Of a stretch of DNA of 64,000 nucleotides, positions 9,013 to 19,295 are shown piece after piece. The notes beneath the pieces are model-generated. The model did not search any database. It saw only the letters and a program-made list of their open reading frames with translations, and was not told the DNA's origin. The translations under genes were made by a program, and so were the position numbers. The DNA is from Candidatus Latescibacterota bacterium (GTDB lineage Bacteria; Latescibacterota; UBA2968; UBA8231). Numbering within the stretch: the stretch's first letter is position 1; the number at the start of each line of letters is the position of its first letter. The stretch lies in contig CBDCDC010000001.1 of NCBI GenBank assembly GCA_965215195.1, positions 1,184,001 through 1,248,000 of the forward strand, in the 5' to 3' direction.

Positions 9013-12000
9013 ATGCCGCGCCGCCCTACGCAAAAGGACGCAATGTCTGCCGCCAAGCTCGAACAGCGACTAGTCCTATTGGCTTGGCTGCACGACCGGC
9101 TAGGCTATGCCGACAATGGCGAACTACTCGCAGACCTAAAGCAAGCCGACGAAGGCTTTGACACCGAGGGCCGCAGTTCTATCTACGCCCGGCTGTCGTC
9201 GCGTTCCGAGAAGATACGGGATATTTCGCTAGAGGATTTGGCGCGGTACGACGACAACATCCGCAATCATCTGGCGGCCATGAACGCGGGCCGCAGCCAG
9301 CCTATCACCCTGCGCTACTTCCAGTATTTGGCCGCGCTATACAGCGAGATTTTCTTGGACTGGTACTGCAACCGACCAAGGCCGTTGTTACAATCGCTGA
9401 ATGATTTGGTACGCCGACGCAATGCCAACCGCCACGCCCGAGAGACACGGGAAACGGAATTTTCACCGTCGGATTTGCGAAAGTTGGCGTTCTGGATGGC
9501 GACAGGCAGCGGCAAGACGCTCATCATGCACCTCAACTACCGGCAGTTTCTCCAGTACAACCGCGAGCCGCTGGACAACATTCTGTTAATTACGCCCAAG
9601 GAAGAGTTGAGCGAACAGCATTTGGTGGAACTGCAAGCATCTAACATCCCGGCCGTGCGATTCGACTCGAACGAAAGTGGCCTGCTGAGGGGTGCGCGCA
9701 ACGCCATCCAAGTCACCGAGATTACCAAGTTGATTGAGGAAAAGAGGGGCGGCGGTGTGAGAGTGCCCGTAGAGGCGTTTGAAGGCAATAATCTGATTTT
9801 TGTCGATGAAGGCCATAAAGGCTCTGGCGGCGAAGCGTGGCGCAACCTCCGCGATGCGCTGGGCGAGACCGGGTTCACCTTCGAGTACAGCGCTACCTTC
9901 GGGCAAGCCCTTACCGCGGCGAAAAATCCCGACCTAATCGCTGAATACGGGCAATCCATCGCGTTTGACTATTCCTACCGCTACTTCTACGACGATGGCT
10001 ACGGCAAGGACTTTCACATTCTCAACTTGCAACGGGAAACAACGGCTGACCGGACGGATACACTGCTCTTGGCCAACCTGCTCTCCTTTTACGAACAGCA
10101 ACTCGTCTTTGCCGAGCAGCGCGCGGCGTTCCGGCCCTACAATCTGGCCCGGCCCCTGTGGGTTTTCGTCGGCGGCAGCGTCAACGCGGTCTATACGGAA
10201 AACCGCCAACCCCGGAGCGACATTCTAACGGTGGTGCGGTTCCTGCATCGGCTGTTGGCGAATGCCGGCTGGGCGACAGATGCCATCGCCCAGTTGTTGG
10301 CGGGCAATTCAGACCTGCGCGACGCGGAAGGAAAGGATGTTTTCGCCGACAAATTCGACTATCTGCACACTCGCCGAACAGAGGCCGCAGAGGTGTATCG
10401 AGATATCCTGACAAAGGTTCTGCACACTTCCGCCGGTGGTGGGCTACACCTCTGCGACATACGTGGCAGCAATGGCGAGATAGGGCTTAAAGTCGGCGGT
10501 GCGGAGGATTACTTCGGCCTAATTTACATCGGGGATACGACCAAATTCAAAAATCTGGTCGCTGCTGACAACGCCGGCATGGTCGTTGAGGAGGACGCTT
10601 TTGCCGGCTCCCTGTTTGACGGGATTAACGAGCCGGGGACGACCGTTGAGGTGCTGATTGGTGCGCGAAAGTTCATAGAGGGTTGGGATTCATGGCGCGT
10701 GTCCAATATGGGGCTGCTCAACATCGGCAGGAGCGAGGGGTCGCAGATAATCCAAGTGTTCGGGCGCGGCGTGCGTTTGCGCGGTCGGGATATGACGCTG
10801 AAGCGCAGTTCAGCACTGGACGGCGAACATCCCGATTACATCAAATTGCTAGAGACCCTGAACATCTTTGCCGTCCGCGCCAACTATATGGCCCAATTCC
10901 GGGACTATCTGGAGCGGGAAGGCGTTGCCACAGAGGGCCTGCTGGAACTGCCCCTGTTCATCCGGCCCAACGAGGACTTTCTGAACAAGGGGCTGGTCAT
11001 TCCCCGGGTGGACGATGGGCGCGATTTCTCCGCCAATACAGCAGTTGTGTTGGAGCCGGACCCAAATGTGCGCCAAGTGTCCGTTGACATGTCTGCAAAG
11101 GTACACCGGCTGGATAGCAGCAAAGATGGTCCAATGGATGCCAAGGCGAGTGCCGGCGCGGAAGTGCTCATACCGCCCGCAAGGCTCGCGCTAGTGGATT
11201 GCGAAAGCATCTACCTCGACCTACTTGAATACAAGATGCAAAAAGGGTGGGAAAACTTGCTCGTCCAACCGGATGCGCCGCGAAAAATTTTGGAATATCG
11301 CCGTGAATCTGGCGCGCTGTATAGCCTGAGAGCGGAGGATGCCGTAGTAAATCCGCAAAGTCTCGCCGACTTGAAGCGGCTGCAAGAGGCGGCGACCAAC
11401 ATAGTGCGGAAGTACGCCGACGCCCTCTATTGGCACCGACGCGAGCAGTGGGATTCAGAAAACTTGGTCTATAAGACGCTGGACGAGCGAGAGCCCAATC
11501 TGCGGTTCAACGTCAGCGATGCCGAGGACAGCTCCGCCGGCCAGTACATGGTCGGTGTGCCACGGTCGGAGACCGCATTGATACAGGAGATTGAAAAACT
11601 CATCGCGGACAGCCGCGAGCTGTACGACAACGAGGCCGCGGCGGGTGCTTTGCCGCGCATCCATTTTGACCGGCACTTGTATCAACCGCTGCTACTAGAA
11701 AGCGATGCCAAAGTAAAAATATCCCCACTAGGGTTAAATAAAAGCGAACAGCAATTCGTGCGGGACTTGCGAGAATACGGGAGAAGAGAGCAGGGCAACG
11801 CACTGGCCGGCGCGGAGATATTCCTTTTGCGGAATCAGAGCCGAGGCCAAGGGGTGGGGTTCTTTGAGAGCAGCGGGTTCTATCCCGACTTCATTCTCTG
11901 GATTAAAGCCAACGACGCACAGCGCATCGCGTTCATCGAACCGCACGGGATGCTTCAGGCCAACGCGTACCAGCACGACGACAAAGCGCAACTGCACGAG

Positions 12001-12222
12001 CGCTTGCCGGCTTTAGCCCGCAAAATATCCCAGCGATCCAAGGGGCCGAACGTGCGCCTCGATTCCTTCATCATTTCAGCGACGCCCTACGAGGAATTAT
12101 ACGAGCGTTACGACGATGGCTCGTGGGACCGGGAACGCTTCGCCCAAGCGCACATCCTCTTTCCCGAGCGCACCGGCACTTATGACTACTTGGCGAAAAT
12201 CATCGAGGGTGAGCGCGAATAG
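9013..12222 (+). CDS. res: Type III R-M restriction subunit (SF2 helicase + nuclease)
   Basis: MATGSGKT, DEGH, YSAT, QVFGRGVR, C-terminal YPDFILW..FIEPHG; alternative start 9043. Confidence 0.9.
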   Translation: MPRRPTQKDAMSAAKLEQRLVLLAWLHDRLGYADNGELLADLKQADEGFDTEGRSSIYARLSSRSEKIRDISLEDLARYDDNIRNHLAAMNAGRSQPITLRYFQYLAALYSEIFLDWYCNRPRPLLQSLNDLVRRRNANRHARETRETEFSPSDLRKLAFWMATGSGKTLIMHLNYRQFLQYNREPLDNILLITPKEELSEQHLVELQASNIPAVRFDSNESGLLRGARNAIQVTEITKLIEEKRGGGVRVPVEAFEGNNLIFVDEGHKGSGGEAWRNLRDALGETGFTFEYSATFGQALTAAKNPDLIAEYGQSIAFDYSYRYFYDDGYGKDFHILNLQRETTADRTDTLLLANLLSFYEQQLVFAEQRAAFRPYNLARPLWVFVGGSVNAVYTENRQPRSDILTVVRFLHRLLANAGWATDAIAQLLAGNSDLRDAEGKDVFADKFDYLHTRRTEAAEVYRDILTKVLHTSAGGGLHLCDIRGSNGEIGLKVGGAEDYFGLIYIGDTTKFKNLVAADNAGMVVEEDAFAGSLFDGINEPGTTVEVLIGARKFIEGWDSWRVSNMGLLNIGRSEGSQIIQVFGRGVRLRGRDMTLKRSSALDGEHPDYIKLLETLNIFAVRANYMAQFRDYLEREGVATEGLLELPLFIRPNEDFLNKGLVIPRVDDGRDFSANTAVVLEPDPNVRQVSVDMSAKVHRLDSSKDGPMDAKASAGAEVLIPPARLALVDCESIYLDLLEYKMQKGWENLLVQPDAPRKILEYRRESGALYSLRAEDAVVNPQSLADLKRLQEAATNIVRKYADALYWHRREQWDSENLVYKTLDEREPNLRFNVSDAEDSSAGQYMVGVPRSETALIQEIEKLIADSRELYDNEAAAGALPRIHFDRHLYQPLLLESDAKVKISPLGLNKSEQQFVRDLREYGRREQGNALAGAEIFLLRNQSRGQGVGFFESSGFYPDFILWIKANDAQRIAFIEPHGMLQANAYQHDDKAQLHERLPALARKISQRSKGPNVRLDSFIISATPYEELYERYDDGSWDRERFAQAHILFPERTGTYDYLAKIIEGERE

Positions 12223-12308
12223 ACCCCAGAGCAGTTTGCCGAAAAGCACATCCTCTTTCCGGGGCGGTAGCGTACATGGCGAGAACTATCGGGCGCGTTA
12301 AGAGCTAA
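12223..12308 (+). pseudogene. Diverged duplicate of the res 3' end
   Basis: TPEQFAEKHILFPGR* then YMARTIG versus res FAQAHILFPER..YLAKIIE; 15-bp exact repeat GCACATCCTCTTTCC at 12150-12164 and 12246-12260. Confidence 0.8.
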
Positions 12309-12310
12309 CA

Positions 12311-13099
12311 ATGGTCGAAAGCCATCCCACAGACGCCGAGCGCTTCTTCTTCGACAACAACGGCTACTTGGTGCTAGAAGACTTCCTCGCGCCCGATCGG
12401 GTTGCGGCGCTCTACGCGGCGCTGGAGCGCACCATTGAGCGCCGGCGCGACCCCCAGTTCAGGCGCGAGCACGAGCCAGCTTTTGCCGACCGGTTCAGCG
12501 CGGCCAACGTGCGGATCATGCACCTTTTGGCCGAAGACCCGCTCTTTTTGGAAATGCTCTCCTACGAGCCGATGATGGCCTACGTCCACGGTCTCTTTAA
12601 CGAGATGCCGCACCTGCACTCGACCGACGCCTTCTACGAGGTCGAACCCGCCGACTACCACGGGCGGGGCTGGCACATCGACGGCATTCAGAATGGCTTC
12701 CGCAACCTCAAGCCGCACATCCCACTGTTGCAGTTTAAGGTAGGCTACTACCTGAGCGACATGAGCGCACCCGACCAAGGCAACCTGACCTTAGTGCCCG
12801 GCAGCCACAAGGCGCTGCTAGAGCCGGACGCCGGGGATGGTATACCGGGGGCCGTGCAAATATGCGGCGGCCCGGGGACGGCCGTGCTCTTCCACAATGC
12901 GATGTGGCATACGGCCGGTCCCTTTACGCGCCGCCGGGGCAAGCGGGTGATGCTGTACTATGGATACGAACATCCGTGGATGCTGGCGTGTGCCGAGCAG
13001 TGGCGCTACGACCGAGCCTTTTTGCAGGGGCTTTCGCCAGCGCAGCGGCGCTTTTTCCACGGGTTTGTCTTTGACCCGCCGGAGTATCGCTGGGGATGA
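12311..13099 (+). CDS. Phytanoyl-CoA dioxygenase (PhyH) family Fe(II)/2OG oxygenase
   Basis: FFFDNNGYLV, WHID, VPGSH, WHTAG. Confidence 0.85.
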   Translation: MVESHPTDAERFFFDNNGYLVLEDFLAPDRVAALYAALERTIERRRDPQFRREHEPAFADRFSAANVRIMHLLAEDPLFLEMLSYEPMMAYVHGLFNEMPHLHSTDAFYEVEPADYHGRGWHIDGIQNGFRNLKPHIPLLQFKVGYYLSDMSAPDQGNLTLVPGSHKALLEPDAGDGIPGAVQICGGPGTAVLFHNAMWHTAGPFTRRRGKRVMLYYGYEHPWMLACAEQWRYDRAFLQGLSPAQRRFFHGFVFDPPEYRWG

Positions 13100-13662
13100 G
13101 TTGGAACTCGCCCGATCTGCGGGGGCGGCGCCAGTTGGGCCTGACCCTGTTTTTGCTCTCGCTGGCCATACTCTTTGGGGCCAGCATCGCGGCTTTTGCC
13201 TACCTGCGGCTGACCAGCCCGGCGCTACAGGGGAGCGAGCGCATTGAGCTGCCGCTGGTGCTTGGCGTTTCGACGGCAGTGCTGTTGGGGGCCGGGCTGG
13301 CGATGCACAAGGCGACGCAGAACGCCCGGCGCGGCCACTTCCCGCTTCTGCGGCGGTGGTTGGTCCGAGCTTGGGGGGCGAGCGCGTTGTTTATCGGGGT
13401 GCAGGTGCCGGGGCTGATGCAGCTACTTGACCGCCATCGGGCGCTGGAGATGAGTACCTACGGCATTGCGTTTGCGCTGGTCGTGGTCCACGCGCTGCAC
13501 GTGGTGGGCGGGATGGTGCCGTTGTCGATGCTGGCGTGGAAGGCGCGCAAGAATCGGCTCGACAGCGAACATTTGCTCTCGGTGCGGGCCTGCGCTGCGT
13601 ATTGGCATTTCCTCGAAGCGGTGTGGATCGCGCTGTTGGCCGCGTTTGTTGTGTGGGGATGA
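13096..13662 (+). CDS. Heme-copper oxidase subunit III-like membrane protein
   Basis: About 5 TM helices; HALHVVGG and YWHFLEAVW. Confidence 0.8.
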   Translation: MSWNSPDLRGRRQLGLTLFLLSLAILFGASIAAFAYLRLTSPALQGSERIELPLVLGVSTAVLLGAGLAMHKATQNARRGHFPLLRRWLVRAWGASALFIGVQVPGLMQLLDRHRALEMSTYGIAFALVVVHALHVVGGMVPLSMLAWKARKNRLDSEHLLSVRACAAYWHFLEAVWIALLAAFVVWG

Positions 13663-13699
13663 GAAGTGGGCCAAACAACCTCCGGCTCCACAGGCGTAT

Positions 13700-16027
13700 C
13701 TAGTAGGCCACGGCCACGATTCGTTGTAGGCTGTGATCCCCGGAATCGCCAGCGATGTGTAGTTCGGCTATGTAGAGGCCGGGCGGTACGCGCTGGCCGT
13801 GCAGGTCGCGGCCGTTCCAGTGCCATGCGATGTGCCCGGCTTGGCTGGCCCGCTCTTGGGCGAAAAGTGGGCGGCCGGACAAGTCGTAGAGCCGCAGGTG
13901 CAAGGGCCGGGCCGAGAGCACGTTGATGAGGTCAAAGGAGATGCGGAGCTGGTCGTTGATCCCGTCGCCGTTGGGCGTAATGAGCGCGGGACTAAACGAG
14001 AGGCCGGCAAAGAGCTGGTCGGCTACGGGCAGGCGCACGACGTTGGAACTGCTCTCGACTTGGGGTGCGGCGTCGCCTATGTCGACGAGTTGCCGCGTCT
14101 GCGCCTTTTGGCTGTCTTCGAGGAAGGCATCAAAGCGGGTCGCCTGTAGGTAGATGGGAGCAGTGAAGCGCAATTCGACGAGTTGGCGGCTGCGAATGCG
14201 GCGCGGGAAGGTGGCGCGAAAGCCCTGAGCGAGGGTTTCGGTGGCGACTTCGACAAGCTCGTCATCGACCAAGGCAGCGTCAAAGCGGGGGGCTGTGGTG
14301 GCTTCAATTGCGATCTGGTCGAAGCCATCTCGGGTCGTCGCGGGCCGCAGGAAGTAGGAAAATTGGGTCTCTTGGCCGGGCGCGACATAGAGGGGAAACA
14401 CCTCGCCGACGACTTGAGAGGCCAGCGGGTCGCTGAAGTTGACGGCTAGCCAGTCGAAGTGGGGCGCCTGCGCCGGGCTGTCGGACGCCAAGCGCACATC
14501 GAGTTCCATAAAGCGACGCGGTGAAGGCGACTCAAAGGCCGCGCCCGAAGCACTGTACATATTGCTCCAAGGGCTCCAGTCCGCACCGGCGATGCGCGTA
14601 GTGTCGATTCTGCCCTTGAAACTGGGGATCAGTTTGTCGTAGCGCTTCTGGCTTACGTTCTTGCCGTTTTTATCGTAAAAAGTGTATTGCTCTACTACCT
14701 CGTTGCCCGTGCGCGAGCGGATTTCGATGTGGGTGCCCAAGGGGGTCTGGGCCTGCCATTCGAGCGAATTGAGGTTCTTGCCGCTTTCTAGGTCGATGAG
14801 CGGCGAGCGGAGATGGACCGCGAGGGGGTAGCCCTCGCCGTACACTTGGATTTCTTCGGCCGAGCCGTTGGCGTAGCAGCCCCAGCGCGAGGAATCGTCG
14901 GGTAGGGTCGCGGCGCAGGTGGCGTCCCAGATTAGCCAAGCGATGCGGACGTAGCGGGCCGGCAGGGTGGGGAACTGGTGGTCGGCTAGCCCGGCGCGGT
15001 GGTTTTCGCTGACCGAGTCTCCAGCAAAGTGCCGCGTCCAGATGCGGGTGCCGTCGGGGGCGATGGTGCCGTCCGAGGTGAGGATCTCGTAGTTCTTGTA
15101 GCTGAAGGAACGCGGACCGCTGGCCCCGGCCCGGGTGCGCAGCAGGTGTTCGCCAAAGCCGCCGCGGATGGCCACGCCGGTAATCAGGCGCACGAAGTCC
15201 ACTGGATAGACGGCCCCTAAGTCGATGGTGATGTGGCTCCAAGTGTTATACGTGTTGCGCGGCTCGCGCCCGTTGCGCCAGCGGTCGAAGATGGAGCCAT
15301 CAACTAAGTTGAGCGCGTTGCCCAAGGCGACTTCTTCGGCGCGGACAAAGGCGTCGATGACCACGTCGATGGCCCCGCCGCGCTCCGCGAGGTTGAGGGT
15401 GAGATTGTCGCCAATGCTCTCGACCTCAACCGCGACGAGCCGGGCGTCGGGGACGTGCTTGAGGTTGCGGATTTGCAGGAAGCGAATCGGCGTCAGGTAG
15501 AGGGCGTCGCCCGGGGCGAATGCGACGCGGTGGCGTGCGTTTTCCTTGAAGCGTTCTTTAATGCGGTAGATCAGGGAGCCGGCGACCGGGTTGGCAACTT
15601 GGTCGAGCTGGGGCTCGCCGGAGGAGAGCAAGAGGTCGAACAGCTCAAAAGGAGGCGCGTCGTCGGCAAAAATGAGCGCGATGCTGTGCGCCGAGACGCT
15701 GCGGCCGAGGTCGATTTCTACAAACCAGTCGTCCGGGTCGTCGTCCGGGTTGGGGCCCCAGCCGGTCGCCGGGTCGCCGTCGAGGAGCGCAGGGGCGTCC
15801 CTAAAATTGGAGCCGGCCCGGCGGATGCCGCCGCCGAAAGCCGTGGCGTCGCGCACGGCGTCCACGCCCTTTTGCACCCGCACCGGCTGGATCGCGCCCG
15901 TGGCCGCGATTTTGACGGCGCCGAGGGGCACCTGCCAGTCGCGCCAATCGCGCACGGAAGCAAAGCGCAACTGATCCGCACTCGCGCTACAGGCGAGTAG
16001 GACGAGGAGGGCGGTGGCAATGGACAT
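13700..16027 (-). CDS. Large secreted hypothetical protein with C-terminal FlgD/Ig-like domain
   Basis: Signal peptide MSIATALLVLLACSASA; discoidin-like IDLG segments; C-terminal ITPNGDGIND..YDLSGR..WNGRD..VPPGLY. Confidence 0.75.
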   Translation of the reverse strand: MSIATALLVLLACSASADQLRFASVRDWRDWQVPLGAVKIAATGAIQPVRVQKGVDAVRDATAFGGGIRRAGSNFRDAPALLDGDPATGWGPNPDDDPDDWFVEIDLGRSVSAHSIALIFADDAPPFELFDLLLSSGEPQLDQVANPVAGSLIYRIKERFKENARHRVAFAPGDALYLTPIRFLQIRNLKHVPDARLVAVEVESIGDNLTLNLAERGGAIDVVIDAFVRAEEVALGNALNLVDGSIFDRWRNGREPRNTYNTWSHITIDLGAVYPVDFVRLITGVAIRGGFGEHLLRTRAGASGPRSFSYKNYEILTSDGTIAPDGTRIWTRHFAGDSVSENHRAGLADHQFPTLPARYVRIAWLIWDATCAATLPDDSSRWGCYANGSAEEIQVYGEGYPLAVHLRSPLIDLESGKNLNSLEWQAQTPLGTHIEIRSRTGNEVVEQYTFYDKNGKNVSQKRYDKLIPSFKGRIDTTRIAGADWSPWSNMYSASGAAFESPSPRRFMELDVRLASDSPAQAPHFDWLAVNFSDPLASQVVGEVFPLYVAPGQETQFSYFLRPATTRDGFDQIAIEATTAPRFDAALVDDELVEVATETLAQGFRATFPRRIRSRQLVELRFTAPIYLQATRFDAFLEDSQKAQTRQLVDIGDAAPQVESSSNVVRLPVADQLFAGLSFSPALITPNGDGINDQLRISFDLINVLSARPLHLRLYDLSGRPLFAQERASQAGHIAWHWNGRDLHGQRVPPGLYIAELHIAGDSGDHSLQRIVAVAY

Positions 16028-16081
16028 GGTATATTGCAAAGTACTTTTACCGACCGCGTAAATCAACTTGGACGCTATGGT

Positions 16082-16903
16082 ATGGGGCGCATTGTGTTCG
16101 CAATCGCAGCACTGGCTGCGGTGGGCTACGTTTTGGCTGCGGCCTATCTCTATTTTTTTCAGGAAAAATTCGTCTATAAGCCGAGTGCCCGCATAGGGGT
16201 TACGCCGGCCTCGGTGGGGATGCGCTACGAGGAAGTTGCCTTGGTCACCAGCGACGGGGTGCGGCTGACCGGGTGGTATCTGCCGTTGGCCGATGCGCGG
16301 GGCACGGTGCTTTTTTGCCACGGCAATGCGGGCAACATATCGCATCTGCTCGCCGTGGCCGAGGACGCGCACCGGTTGGGCTTGGGGATTTTGCTGTTTG
16401 ATTACCGCGGCTACGGTCAGAGCGAGGGGACGCTTTCTGAGGAAGGTACATACCGCGATGTAGAGGCGGCTTGGAACTACTTGGTGCAAGAGGCCGGGCT
16501 AGCCCCGGATCAGATCGCGATTATCGGCCGCTCGCTGGGCGGGCCAATCGCCGCACGGCTGGCGCGGGACAAGACGCCGGCCGCCCTGTTTTTGGAGGCG
16601 ACCTTTACCTCTATACCCGAGCTGGGCCAAGACCTGTATCCGATCTTTCCGGTCGGCCTGCTCGCCCGCTACGAGTATCCCACGCTGGAGTACCTAAAGC
16701 AGGTTGAGTGCCCGGTGCTGATTTCTCACAGCCGCGACGACTGGCTGATTGCATTCGCGCACGGCCAGCGGCTGTACGAGGCCGCTGGCCAGCCCAAGGC
16801 GTTTATCGAACTCCAAGGCGGGCACGGCTCGGCCTTTAGCGAGGATGCGGCCGCGTATGAAGCCGGGGTAGAGGCGTTCTTGACGGAGGTGCTGGGGTGG
16901 TGA
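16082..16903 (+). CDS. Membrane-anchored alpha/beta hydrolase (BEM46/ABHD13-like)
   Basis: HGNAGN, DYRGYGQS, GRSLG nucleophile elbow. Confidence 0.85.
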   Translation: MGRIVFAIAALAAVGYVLAAAYLYFFQEKFVYKPSARIGVTPASVGMRYEEVALVTSDGVRLTGWYLPLADARGTVLFCHGNAGNISHLLAVAEDAHRLGLGILLFDYRGYGQSEGTLSEEGTYRDVEAAWNYLVQEAGLAPDQIAIIGRSLGGPIAARLARDKTPAALFLEATFTSIPELGQDLYPIFPVGLLARYEYPTLEYLKQVECPVLISHSRDDWLIAFAHGQRLYEAAGQPKAFIELQGGHGSAFSEDAAAYEAGVEAFLTEVLGW

Positions 16904-16958
16904 TGGAGGGGGTTTTGAGAATAGTATGTAGCGCACAAACCAACCTGTGGAGGAATAC

Positions 16959-18179
16959 ATGAGCGAAAAAAACAAGGGCGAGGTCGTCCGCTTGGCGATG
17001 GTGGGTTGCGGCGGCATGGCCGGGGCGCACTTGCGGGGGTACGAAGAGCTGTTGGAAAAGGGCGAGCCGCGGTTCCGCATTGTCGCAGCCGTAGATGAGG
17101 TGCCCGCGCGCGCCGAGGAGTTTGCCGCGCGCATCAATGGGTTTGCCGGCTGGGAGGTCAACGCATACACCAGCGTGGCCGAGCTGCTCGCCGGGGAAGA
17201 CGCGCTTGATGGGGCCGATATATGCAGCCCGCACGGCTTGCACCACGTGCTGGCCTGCGAGCTGCTAGAGGGTGGGGTCCACGTGCTGGTCGAAAAGCCG
17301 ATTGGGGTCACGGTGCGGGCCTCGAAGAAAATTGCGCAGACGGCCCAGCGCTGCGGCCGGGTCGCCGCCACGGCCGAGCAGTGCCGCCGCTCCTTGGGCC
17401 AGCGCGCGATCCACTGGGCCTTTAACGACGGCTTGTTGGGCGCGCCGAAAATGTGGTGGGCCGTGCAGGCCGGGTGGAATGATCCGGCCCAAGTGCCCAA
17501 TTGGCACTGGCGCATTGATCGCAAATTGGGCGGCTGCGGCATGGTCATGGACAGCGGGGCGCACTGGGTTGACACCATGCGCTATTGGTTTGGCGAGATC
17601 GAGAGCGTGTACGCCCGAGTTGAGCAGATCTACCCGCGCCCCCATCGCCAAGGCGAGGAAATTGTCGCTAGCGCGTGCGAGGACTTTTGGACCAGCATAT
17701 TCAACTTCAAAAGCGGCTTGATCGGCACGTGGTCGTGGACGATCAGCGCACCGGGCAGGGGCTTTACCCAACTGACCCTGAGCGGCGAGAAGGGGTCGAT
17801 TATCGACGCGGACATCTTCCACCCGGCCGCCTTTCAGGCCAATGGCGAGTGCCAGCTCGCCGACGGCACCACGCACAGCATGTCCGAGCTGCAAGCGATG
17901 TATTTGGCAACCCTGAGCGAGGCGGAAAAGGACGCGCTTTTCCCCTATGGAATCACCGGCGGGATAACGCTGGAATTGTGGGATTTTATCGACGCGTTGA
18001 GCAAGCGGCGGCCGGTGGAAATAGACGCGGAGGAAGGCTTGCGCAGCAAGGCCGTCAGCGAGGCTATCTACGAATCCGGCCACTCCGGGCAGGTGGTGCA
18101 GGTCGCCGACGTGCTGGCGGGCAAGGTCGACGCGTACCAGCGCGATGTCGACCGGGCGTGGGGGCTAGATACCGATTAA
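16959..18179 (+). CDS. Gfo/Idh/MocA family oxidoreductase
   Basis: VGCGGMA, HVLVEKP, DSGAH; GGAGG RBS. Confidence 0.85.
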   Translation: MSEKNKGEVVRLAMVGCGGMAGAHLRGYEELLEKGEPRFRIVAAVDEVPARAEEFAARINGFAGWEVNAYTSVAELLAGEDALDGADICSPHGLHHVLACELLEGGVHVLVEKPIGVTVRASKKIAQTAQRCGRVAATAEQCRRSLGQRAIHWAFNDGLLGAPKMWWAVQAGWNDPAQVPNWHWRIDRKLGGCGMVMDSGAHWVDTMRYWFGEIESVYARVEQIYPRPHRQGEEIVASACEDFWTSIFNFKSGLIGTWSWTISAPGRGFTQLTLSGEKGSIIDADIFHPAAFQANGECQLADGTTHSMSELQAMYLATLSEAEKDALFPYGITGGITLELWDFIDALSKRRPVEIDAEEGLRSKAVSEAIYESGHSGQVVQVADVLAGKVDAYQRDVDRAWGLDTD

Positions 18180-19184
18180 GCGGTGCCAGAGGCGCTTTAG
18201 GGCTTGGTCGGTGCGCTGGGCGTCGAGCGAGTTGTTGGTGCGCTGGATGTCGGCGATGCGCTGGGGATGGGCTGGATCTGGCAGCAGGCGGAATGTGAAG
18301 AAGTAGGCCCCGGTGGAGTCGAGGTAGAAATCGGAGCGGCCAAAGCGCAGGTCGTAGAAGTAGAGCGCGTCGGCGCGGCGCTCCACCCGATAGTACCCGC
18401 GAGAAAACCAGAGCAGGCGCTGGACGGGCCGGTCGGCGCGCCGGGGGGCGATGAGGGGGGTGTTGCGCTCGATGCGGCGGAAGCGGATCGCCGAGTCGTC
18501 GTCGAGCAGGGAGTACAGTCCGGCCCACAGGTGGTCGTCTGCGCCGGCCAAGCCCGACCACAGCACGGCGTTGAACGGGGTCGGCGCGACGTGCAGGCGC
18601 TCGTAGGCAATGCCTTGCGCGGCGAGGGCGTGGGCAAAGGTGCTGCGCACGTGCAGGCAAATCGCGGCGGTGGCAAGCAAGTACGCCGTGCTCAAGCACA
18701 GGCCCAGCGCGTTGAGTCGCCGCCGCCAATGCAGTCGCCGCTGGCACAGGGCGGCGATGAGGCCGATCGCTAAGGGCAGGGTATAGAGCAGATCTATGAC
18801 GAAGATGGAACTGAAGGCGACCGGGTAGTTGCTGAACGGACTGAATAGCTGGGTGCCGTACCCGGTGAAGCAGTCGAGGAGGGCGTGCGTGAGAATCGCC
18901 CAGAACGCCAGTGTAGACCACTCGCGCCAGCGCGCGGCGCGGTGTAGCTTAGACAGGGCCCAGCCCACCCCGAGGCCGCCGACCGCGGCAAAGAGCAGGG
19001 AATGCGACACCCAGCGGTGAAAGCCCAATAGGTCGGTCTCCGATAGAAAGGCCGCGCCCAACACGTCGAGGTCTGGGAGGATGCCGATGGCCGCGCCCCA
19101 CAGGGGGGCCTTGTTGCCCACCTTTTTGCCTAAGACCTTTTCGCCGACGGCCGCGCCGAGCGCGATTTGCGTAACGCTATCCAT
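18165..19184 (-). CDS. Membrane metal-dependent hydrolase (YfhP/YdjM family)
   Basis: MDSVTQIALGAAVGE, LPDLD, HRWVSHS, THALLD, DLRFG. Confidence 0.85.
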   Translation of the reverse strand: MDSVTQIALGAAVGEKVLGKKVGNKAPLWGAAIGILPDLDVLGAAFLSETDLLGFHRWVSHSLLFAAVGGLGVGWALSKLHRAARWREWSTLAFWAILTHALLDCFTGYGTQLFSPFSNYPVAFSSIFVIDLLYTLPLAIGLIAALCQRRLHWRRRLNALGLCLSTAYLLATAAICLHVRSTFAHALAAQGIAYERLHVAPTPFNAVLWSGLAGADDHLWAGLYSLLDDDSAIRFRRIERNTPLIAPRRADRPVQRLLWFSRGYYRVERRADALYFYDLRFGRSDFYLDSTGAYFFTFRLLPDPAHPQRIADIQRTNNSLDAQRTDQALKRLWHRLIGI

Positions 19185-19270
19185 AGGAGCTTTCGATTTG
19201 CCGAGAACAACGTACGAAGAAAACGCCGCGAGCGCATGGTGGCGGCCCGTGTATTCGGACGAGTGCGCCG
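19166..19270. repeat. Direct repeat copy 1 flanking the ATPase-nuclease gene
   Basis: 19166-19233 matches 20923-20990 at 67/68; after a 6-nt indel, 19240-19270 matches 20991-21021 at 27/31. Confidence 0.95.
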
Positions 19271-19295
19271 CCTCGCTCGCTAGGAGATACAATAG

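Noticed and set aside
16028-16489. N-terminal extensions in the ORF track (also 19185-19361, 30220-30489, 40462-41049, 41988-42416)
   Set aside because: They overlap neighbouring genes; downstream starts fit family N-termini or signal peptides
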